Made by a program: the position numbers and the translations under genes
The notes under the pieces: model-generated
What the model was told of the DNA's origin: nothing
Seen by the model: only the letters and a program-made list of their open reading frames with translations
Databases searched by the model: none
DNA from: Antedon mediterranea
Taxonomy: Eukaryota > Animalia > Echinodermata
Direction: 5' to 3'
NCBI RefSeq assembly: GCF_964355755.1
Contig: NC_092676.1
Location: 6,921,888 to 6,985,887, forward strand
DNA: 64,000 nucleotides
Part shown: in pieces, positions 54,681 to 64,000 of the stretch
How positions within the stretch are numbered: the first letter of the stretch is position 1
Layout: each line of letters opens with the position of its first letter

Positions 54681-55302
54681 AGACACCTTCCCTACGTTTT
54701 TTAGATCTATTTTAAGATCACAAACTATATTTAATGTAAAAATAATACTATATGGTCCTATTGCGATAACTTTTTTCGTCTTTAAATGGTTAAAAATGTG
54801 AAAAATAAGTCGATTCTAATAATTATAGCGGCCCGCTATAAATCCCAAAATGCATTGCGCGCGGATTGATATTTCTGCTTTTCTTCTGTAATTAAACCCA
54901 CTTTTCGATTGATCACAAGGCCAAAACAAATGGAAGACTCCTAACTTTTCAGCGAAAATACCAGGTTTTCCCCAATTTGTATCAACAGAGTCTGGCAAAA
55001 ATAGAAAGACAATTAATGCAGCAACTATACAACGTACTCAGGCTAGGTATATAGCTAGCGTACGATGTTCGTACATTACCGATGTTTACCAGCTAGGCCT
55101 ACAAAACTAAGCCTAGCTAGCTAGGCCTAAAGACCGTCCACGAGAGGTCAGTTGCCGTGAGCTAAGGTAGTGCATTGTTTCTCACTTTTTATCATAATTT
55201 ACCATAAAACGTACATTTAAGACCAGGAATGACCTGGTTTAATGTTTTTAAAGTAATATGTATTATTTCTACAAAACGTCACAAATTGTAGGAAAGGTGT
55301 CT
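54681..55302. mobile_element. Kolobok-like non-autonomous element with TTAA TSD
   Basis: TTAA|agacaccttccctac ... gtaggaaaggtgtct|TTAA, with AG..CT termini. Confidence 0.85.
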
Positions 55303-57529
55303 TTAAACTGCGTATTATATTCTGTACATATTACATAGAACATACGATCATCATCATAATCAATAAAAATATAAATCTATAAAATGACCAATAGTTTAAA
55401 CTTTTATATTTGTTTTGATTCAGGTGATACTTAATAGGAGTGTGGAATTTAGGAGGTACCGGTAGAAATAGATTGAGTTTTTGTAATGTCAGGACCACAC
55501 CCATAAATGCCTTATATCAGCCATCGAGTGGGACCAATGCCAAAAATACTTGACACAATAATATACAAATAAATGTAATAGATGGGTGTGTCACTATACT
55601 GTTATTATAGAGGTTGGCACTAGTATAAAAACAGCCTATTTCCCTTTGTTTATCAACTAAATTAGGGTGTCTCTTAAATAGGGTGTCCCCCAAATAGAGG
55701 TGTTCCTCCTAAATAGAGGTGTCAGGATTGTACTATATGATTTATAGAACACACTATTTCTTAAATTTACAGTAGTTTGGAGTTGTCATGAAGTCTCATA
55801 AATATATATAGATAATCTATAAGTTAAATAACATATGTACTGTACTCTATCTAAATGTCATTTATTAGACAGGGTTATTAAGTATTTAAAATACATTATA
55901 ACTCTAAGATTTAAGAACATACAGTAGATCTATAGAATGACTTGTTTCTCTACTTGATCAGTTAATAAAAATGCTTAGATAGATTATTCTAACTACTTTC
56001 ATAAATACTGTATCTACGGAACTATATTGTTTGGTTACCAATCCCACAATTAACTTCCAACACATCTCCACAAACCTCCCTTTTCCCCATCATAACTCCT
56101 CTCCATAAACACCCCCAACCCACCTCGTCTCCCCTCCTTTTGTGATAACTTTATGATTAGACCATTTTAGACACAAGTCCATTTGCCATTTCTCCTTGGT
56201 TAATACTATATTCTAGCAGTTTTTCAATTCTAAATCAAATACAATGGGTATTGCATACTTAGAGTATTTGACTGGATTTAACCTTTCAATATCTCAGTTC
56301 AATTGTAGGTTTATCCCACTTTGTAAAGAAAGAATTGTTGTTTGCGTTTTTTTCTATTGTGTCTAGGTCTAGTTTTTGCCATGGACTTTAAAGTACTCAG
56401 TAGTTATTCATTCTAAAGATTTATCCAAAGATGTAAAGCCGCGCACCCTTCGTTTTTTTATTCAGCCAAACTATTAACTATTGTCGTAAAGTACAAATTA
56501 AAATCTATCATTGGTTTTTTAAGGCTTTTAAAGGTTTTTTTTCTCATTGCGCCTCCCTGATAACATGGTATTATGTCATAATTCTGTATATAGCATCACA
56601 TGTGACGCATATCATGGGAGGTTAAGTTAGGAGTTACAGGTAGATAGAGCCTGATACAGCTATCACATGTAACACCTGTATCATGGAAGGTTAAGTTAAG
56701 GGTTTAGGTTAGTGCCTGATACAGGCATTACATGTGAAAGAGTTAACTGGCGTACTTGTTTTCATAAAAGAAGGTTATTGTGAGGCTCCTAATAGGACGA
56801 CTTCTATTCTCAATCTTGATTCATTGTCAATGAAAATTGCCATTAAAATTATATTTCTTATGTTTGCTGCACGCACTGAACAAAACTGTCAGGTTTAATG
56901 CCAGCCAACCAGTGCATTGGCTAAACCTACCAGCAGAATATCCATTCAACCTTTTAAACAAACTACACTCTGGTAATGCAATAGCATGGATCTTTTATAT
57001 TTTCTGTTTGATTTCATGTGGTTTGCCCACTCACAAGGGACTACTGTACTTTATACAAACAATGCATACTACAGGGTAGGGTTACTCATGTACTGTACTC
57101 TGCCCACTGTATAAATATACAACTAAAGCCTACTCTATTTGTGGCATGGCCTCAGCCTTTACAAAAATGTAATTGTAACGTTATTGATGCATTAATAAGG
57201 TTATGTTTAATGTTATTTTAAGCTACTTGAGATTATATTTCAGTAAATAAGACAGTTGGGTGTCATACTGTACTACACCACTCGCATCATCCATAAGAGA
57301 CATAACGCTGTACGCACCAAAAGCCTAGTATTCCGCTTCTAATGAGAGCTTTTCTCCTTCCTACAGTAAATAAATGCAATCTGAACATACAGTAACCCAC
57401 TATAGAAAATTTGCGGCCTAATCTAGGGGTGTTGTGGTGAAATGTATGTTGTTTAGTATTAAACATCATACCATAAATTAGATCTGCATTGTCACAGTAT
57501 GTGATGTGGCCATATTGGAAAGTGATGAA

Positions 57530-57730
57530 CACTGCCATATTTGGCCATATCACTACCATATTTGGCCATATCACTACCACTACCATATTTGGCCATATCA
57601 CTACCATATTTTGCCATATCACTACCATATTTGGCCATATCATCACTACCATATTTGGCCATATCATCACTACCATATTTGGCCATATCATCACTACCAT
57701 ATTTGGCCATATCACTACCATATTTGGGCA
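57530..57730. repeat. 21-27-bp minisatellite expanded inside a MITE copy
   Basis: About 8 units of ccatatttggccatatcacta lie within the Harbinger-like MITE, which normally carries 1-2. Confidence 0.93.
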
Positions 57731-59359
57731 CATCACACTTTTTTTGTCAAACTAGTTTGATAGTATAGACAGAGCTTTATACATTGGTTGAATTTAGATT
57801 TTTAAATTATTTTGTCACTATTTTTTATTTAATAAAGTACAGTACAGTATAATCTATTCAATAGTCAAAATTGCCAAAATATGATTATAAAAAGTAATAA
57901 TTGATTTCTAAAGAAAATCTGGGGCACATGCTAGTAATCTAAAGTGCTTAAATTAAATTATATTAAAACTAAACCACACATTGACATTTTAAGTACACAG
58001 TATACTACCCTAATAAGGAAAAGATTGAATAGATATTAAATTTGTATACCATTAAAGTATTAGTGTGCTGATTGATAGCCATTGACATGGATTTACACTT
58101 TAAAGTATTTGCCACTCCTGTTTACTATTGTCTGTTAATCATACTATTGTATCATTTTAATACTTACAATTTACATAAGGTGAAATTTCCATATTTAATA
58201 TGCTTTATTTCTATTGCACTGATATAAAATATTTCACATCAATTAATTTTTTACAATAGTAATTTAGTTAACTTATAAAGAAAATAATAAGAAGTGTTAT
58301 CATACTTTTGCATCACATCATTGGAAGAAAAGGACTACAGATACATATTTAACAATTTTGTTATGCAATACTTTACTACAGTAATTGATATACGGTAATG
58401 GACAAAAATGCACCATTAGTAATTGTAACGTATAGCTTCAAAAATTTTTTTTTTAATTAAAAAAAAGTTTGTTTTTTTTTTCATTTTTTTTTTCAGTTAC
58501 ACTACAGTTGGACAGTAATTTGTTTTTTATTGATGAATGACTATTTTTATTTAGGAATATTAGGTCTACTCTTCACTGATGCAAAAGTTCTGTTTTTTCT
58601 CTCAGTGCTTTGGGACAATCTTTTAATTGTACTGTATACATAGCGCTATCATATAAACATTACATTAGCGCCATAATATTACTATCTAGTCTATCATTGA
58701 AATTGTATCTTCGATAGTGAGATGATGTCATATTATTAGGTCACGTTTAATTTTGATGATAAGTACTGTAGGTATTTATTACTGATGTAATGTAAATATT
58801 AATTGGTATTAATTACAATGATAATTGGAAATTGAAGGCCGTGTATTGTATGATAACTATGTATTATTAACTAACCCTATATATAGGTATTTGTGTGTGT
58901 TAATAGGCATTTGTGTGTGTTATATAGGCCAAAATTGCCGGAAAAAAATTTCCCCAAGATAGGGATTTTTTTTCTGACATTCTATATGGTATACTCTATC
59001 AGAAAAAAAAAGAAAATAATTTTCCTATACTTTTTTCCCGCAAAATTTGTACTGCACCCAGGCTATTATTATAGTATGAACTTTAATATCAAATTGTATT
59101 TTTTTTTTTAATTCCTTCTCGTTATCGTAATCATTGGTATCACATTCTTAGAAAATATTAATATTTAATTATTGTTTTATTATATTTGTACTGTACAGTT
59201 TGTTATTTACTATTTAATTCATAAGTATAACGTGATAATTTTGTTCTGTGTCTACAATACCAGTATTAGTTTCAAAATTCTAAGTATTGGTGAAACGCAC
59301 TTTAGCATTAGACTTTCAAATTGAATAAATAATTGGAATAATATTGATAAAGGAAAAAC

Positions 59360-59672
59360 TAGCGAGTCAAATGGCCAAGTGGTTAAGGCAGAAGCGCTGT
59401 TTACCATACATAAAGAGCCAACAATATCAGCAAGGGTTCAATGCCGACTCGCTCCTAGTTGTGGTGGTGGAACGAGTCTTCTTCTTGTCCAGTGTATACA
59501 GTTATAACGTGTGTTCACTTTAAAGAACGCAGTTTATCATTCGAGATAAATAGGAGGTTACCCTGGTGAACTGATTCACAAAATAGCCCCTATGTCAGGG
59601 GTATACAGTACAGTGATTATAACTGGTAATCCTTGGCCATATGTGCCTAAAGACATAAAAAATAAATGAAAT
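59360..59672 (+). mobile_element. tRNA-derived SINE with Deu/Nin-like central domain
   Basis: A-box tggccaagtgg, B-box ggttcaatgcc, core cactttaaagaac, A-rich tail. Minus-strand copies lie at about 13930-14150, 19925-20180, 31860-32100 and 32335-32430. Confidence 0.7.
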
Positions 59673-59836
59673 AAGTGATATTTCTGTACTGGTTTGATTC
59701 AGCTCAGAATTGAACCAGGCTTAATAGCTTTTGATCTAGTAGTAGGAACATTTTTAATTTAAATAGACAAAGCAATAAAGTTATCTAAAATGAAAACTTT
59801 TCTTTTTAAAGGAGTACTAAATACTAAACAAAAATA

Positions 59837-62800
59837 ATGCCGGGTGAGAACGACATAACGAAGGTCGAGCCAAAACGACAATTGAAGATGATAGAGTTAG
59901 ATCACCTGACGGAACAGGAGCAACAAGTGATTATTGACGTACTGCAACGAGATGAGATTCTACGAAAGAACGAAGAATCTAGAATCAGGTTAGAATTTAG
60001 TCCATCTTTAGTTTTTGAGTCAGAGAAAGTATTATTTTTAAAAGTAAGTAAGAAGTTCAATGGTTTAAAAGTTATTTTTACTTTATTTTATTATAGAAAA
60101 TTTTAATTTCAATTGTAAAAGCCTGATTATTTTAAATGTTATTCGCCTGACCTTTACATAAAAAATGTGTGTATTTAATTTGTCTATGCTACACAAAAAC
60201 TGCTGCGTGTGGCTAGTGTCTTAGACGCTGGATTACCGATCGTGAGTTCGGGGTTCAATTCCAATTCTCGCCACATTGCTTGTATCCTTTAGGCAAGGCA
60301 CTTTACTTACATTTGCCTCTCCACACCCAGGTGTATTAAATGGGTACCGGTTAGATCAAGTCACAAGTTTACGCTGATTACAGTACTAGCTGCATTATGG
60401 GAGTTGCCATACGTGTTTGATCTAAAAATGACTGGAGTGAATGCTTATAAAGTGCCTTTGAGCTTGATTAATCATGAAAATGGCGCTATATAAAAATATG
60501 GTATTCAATATTATTATGACCTTAATAATCAACGCATTAAACATTTATAAAATGAAAAAAAAAAATATTTTCTATTTCAAAAATAAAAATCAGATTGATC
60601 AGCTGTTATTGCTGATATTGATAATCAACATTTTTATTAATGAAAATATCACCTGCCTTAATAATTAATATTGTTTAAATTAGTGTTTATTTTTATTAGA
60701 TAATGTGTGAATCTTTTCAGCTGCTTTACTGATAATGATAGTTTCATCCGATTTCTGCAAGTTTTCATGGGTAATAATAGCAGCATCCTAGATTAGAAAT
60801 GCATGCTACCCAAAAAATATTTACAGTAACTGCATTGAGAACTTAATCCCTATAATCCCGTTTACATCCTACAATCAAGCTATCCTGCTAAAACAGAAAG
60901 CAGAAACTGTTTTTACATGATGATAGAAGACATTGTAAAGGAAATATAAAACATGATATTCATTTTCCCAAACTTCAATATCCTCGTCCTTTGCATGTGC
61001 AGATAGTTTTTTTAAATTTTTGACTTGAATAAACTAAGCATTGCCTTCTCCTGTACATTCTGCATCTCCTCCACCCACTGCAACCTCCCTTCCCCAACCT
61101 CCTCTTTCCATTCCTATCTCACACCCTTTAAATATACCACTGTGCTTTTGATAAAAAAAAAAAGGAAATTTAAAATGCAAGCTGTTTGCATACATAATTT
61201 TCAATTGTTTGATTTATTGAACTCTTATGAAAATAGAAGCAGGAATACAGCTTACATTATGTGTGATTTTAAATTATATTGACAATAGCAGAAATGTATA
61301 AATAATAATAAATAATAATAAAATAAAACATAAATATTAATATCATAATCATCAAGTGTTGAGTTATTATTGTGCTCTATTCAATAATCTATTTTTAGAA
61401 TCAGCAAGATGTAATTTCTTGAAAATTTGAATACATTTTCAGAACACAAAGTATCTATGACTGAATGAAATGGTACTCATACAAGACTATTGAAAAAAAT
61501 GTATAAAAATGTATATGCAAGTTCAGCTATTGAAACATCCATTAAATTGTTAATTGTGTGATTGTCTAAACTTTTCAATTTGTTTCCAAAACTGTTAGTA
61601 CAGTTATTGAATGCTCTCCTTTATAGTTGCATGTATAAACCATTTTAGAAAGCATTCTATAAATGACTTTCATTGTTTTTAATATTCATTTTTCATTTCG
61701 TTTTAAAACCAGATAAACTATGGAGAAAATATGTATATATTTCCTCCATGAATAAACCAACATTGGCCTATTTGTCACGTTTCGAATGGGACATAAAGCC
61801 GTTGGTCCCATGTATATATTGCATGTCAAAGAACTATTTGAAAAGAGTACAGTTGGGATAAGCTCTCGGTGTGCTAATCTGGTAGGCGCTACACTGCTGG
61901 CTGCTATGGTGATCATAGAGGGGCCTAATGCAAATTTCCTCAGTTTCCAGTTAAGTTTGAAGACCAGTATAAAATACCTAAAGCTCTGTCTACACTATCA
62001 AACTACAGTAGTTTGACAAGAAAAAGTGTGATGTGCCCAAATATGGTAGTGATATGACATTATCATGTCCATACATGTTTTTGTCACATAAAGTTTGATA
62101 TTTGTATCTTTAGGCTTTATACCTTTCTCTCAGGGAAGAGCATTACAGTACAATACAACCTGAATATCTGAAGTATTTACTACTTAGACTTTTTGAACAA
62201 GAGTGTAGTGAAAAAAACATCTTATTAGCAACTTGTACAATATCTTTAAGTGTAGAATGTTACTGCTAGGAAAATGAGCTATAAAATGTACAGATAAAGC
62301 TATGTAAGGTCTACTTACCATTAAAATATTTTAACATTCACGCATACATTTTTTCAAATTAGGAATCATAAAAGGTAATTTCTCTAGATATCTTGGCAAT
62401 TGACTTGTTTCATTGTGTTCACGTACAATATTTAAATATCGCTTTTTCAATTTTTGGAATTGTTATTGTTCAAATATTAGTACAGTATATATTGGTTTTA
62501 CTATCATAACTATAATGTCAATTTGTGTTTTATAAAGTAAAATGATTTGATTCAACTTTTTTCTATGCATGTTTTATTCCAGTCTATTTGGTAAAGTTTT
62601 TTAACTTTATAATACTGTATGATATTATGTATTAAAAGTTTAAAACATGCTATTGAATGTCTGTTAATTTGTTATGCTTTGTTGTACTTGATATGTACAG
62701 TATTTAACACATATTTTACTTCGTCAATAACTGGCTTTTTTTTCATTAAAAAAAATGTTCTATATGACCAGGTACGGTATTGTCATGCTAAATTTATGTA

Positions 62801-64000
62801 ATGTAGTTTTAAAAAAACGACAACTTTTTGTTTTTAAAATGCTCACATTCTAGTGTCTTGAATGTTATTGTTGATAACAAATTATTAAAATCGAATCAAA
62901 TGAATTCTACCAAACTATTATGAATTGATAAACATGATTGCGTGTGTTATGGTTAAGTAACGTCTTCATTATTACTGCTTCATGAAAACAGAACCTTGCT
63001 ATGAAGATCAATCAGAATTGAATTAACAATGAAACACCTTTTGTTCCTAATTACAGGAAACTCAGACTCGAACTCCAAGATCTCCGACGTCAGGGAACCA
63101 TTCGGGAAGGAGACGACAGCAAGAATCTCTGCGCCAGATGTCGTGAGCCCCTGGGAATGTTCGCGTCAGCGGAGGTCTGTCCAAAATGCAAACACAAAGT
63201 CTGCAAGACGTGTCAGGTATATACACCTAGTGGAAAACGATGGGTGTGCAAAGTATGCCACAAATCTATGTAAGTACTACAGTAATTAAAGTAATACACT
63301 GCAGTAATTGTTGTAGTATTGAACTATTGAAATTACTAATTAAATACAGTGTACTCTAATTCTGTCTTCAATAATTTAGACCAGATTCTAGATTCCAAAC
63401 CATTGTTAAACCAATCCGAGTACAATATCAATCACCAATTTTGACTAGATTTCAGACTCCAGATTATTGTTAATCCAGTCCCAGTATAATCTCGACTACT
63501 AATTTAGACTAGATTTCAGGCAACGTTTGTTGACGATTTCTGTTTTCCTGCAGGCAAATCAAAATAGAGTCAGGAGAATGGTTTTATGAAAAGCTTGAAG
63601 TGGACAATGTCCGACTCTTCGGATCTGACCTTGTTAAGGCTTCTCTTGACCGTGTCCACACTCGAAGCAAAGGCAACATGAGTTCCCCAAACAGCTTTGA
63701 AGAACAGGACGAATCAAGCCGACAGCATTACCAAGGCAGACACAACCACCATTCTGGAACCCCACGCAGTACCCCACGTGGGACACCAAGAGGAACTCCT
63801 AGCGGAACACCAAGAGGCATGTCTCCTCACAACAGTCCTCACCGACGAAGAGCAAACCGAAACCAAGATAGCGTGAGTGTAACCAGTTCCGAAAGCCACC
63901 GCTCTCACAGCCAGCAGAGTCAAATAGCGCATAGTGAATCGGGTTCTTCGAGAGATGGTATGAATGAAAAACGAACAAATGGTGTTCCGGTTGAGGTCGA
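59837..64000 (+). CDS. Synaptotagmin-like protein (SYTL4/SYTL5-like Rab27 effector), 5' part, runs off the window end
   Basis: Exons: 59837-59988 (IELDHLTEQEQQVIIDVLQRDEILRKNEESRIR, SHD1); 63057-63269 (eight-cysteine FYVE-type zinc finger CARC..CPKC..CKTC..CKVC); 63554 to past 64000 (QIKIESGEWFYE, the SHD2 SGEWFY motif, then FGSDLVKAS). Both introns are phase 2 and splice in frame. The C2 domains are not in the window, so SYTL versus MyRIP/melanophilin is not formally settled. Confidence 0.88.
60205..60520 (+). mobile_element. Second tRNA-derived SINE (CORE-like body, L2/CR1-type tail)
   Basis: A-box tggctagtg, B-box ggttcaattcc, body ggcaaggcactttac...cacccaggtgtattaaatgggtacc, tail ggcgctatataaaaat...tattattat. 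Confidence 0.75.

Noticed and set aside
56620-56715. Interstitial telomeric repeat
   Set aside because: Only scattered ttagg/ttaagg words occur in a short local duplication, not a (TTAGGG)n tract.
57287-57768. Several overlapping repetitive ORFs (MAKYGSD, IWPYHYH, FGHITT)
   Set aside because: All are translations of the minisatellite inside a MITE.
59360-59455. tRNA gene (also 60205-60275)
   Set aside because: A and B boxes are present but no cloverleaf closes, and each continues into a SINE body and tail.
63714-63932. Antisense 72-aa ORF
   Set aside because: It is a shadow of the GC-richer SYTL coding exon on the plus strand.

Overview
This is AT-rich, intron-containing animal DNA, probably from an invertebrate deuterostome such as an echinoderm (inference). 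It contains no CRISPR array or operon. Five protein-coding genes could be spliced by hand with GT-AG sites and consistent phases. (1) A 12-exon, about 829-aa gene (+, 12288-20447) that the ORF track shows only in fragments. It carries the signatures of the shelterin/telomerase-recruitment protein TPP1/ACD (Est3-type OB fold, TEL-patch-like residues, TIN2-binding-like C-terminus) and is expanded by tandem exon duplication and a 24-bp coding minisatellite. (2) Rab39 (-), which is head-to-head with (3) SLC35F1/2 (+). (4) DYNLT1/Tctex-1 (+). (5) The 5' part of a synaptotagmin-like Rab27 effector (SYTL4/5-like, +). Genes 2-5 resemble gene pairs that sit on separate vertebrate paralogons. The first 10.5 kb is a scrambled array of decayed tandem duplicates. 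Introns hold many non-autonomous DNA transposons, SINEs, LINE tails and minisatellites. Comparing repeat copies within the window shows that the abundant TACAGTA/TACTGTA and TAGGCCTA words arise as short insertions at TA sites, consistent with transposon excision footprints. All homology calls come from remembered family motifs; no database search was run.
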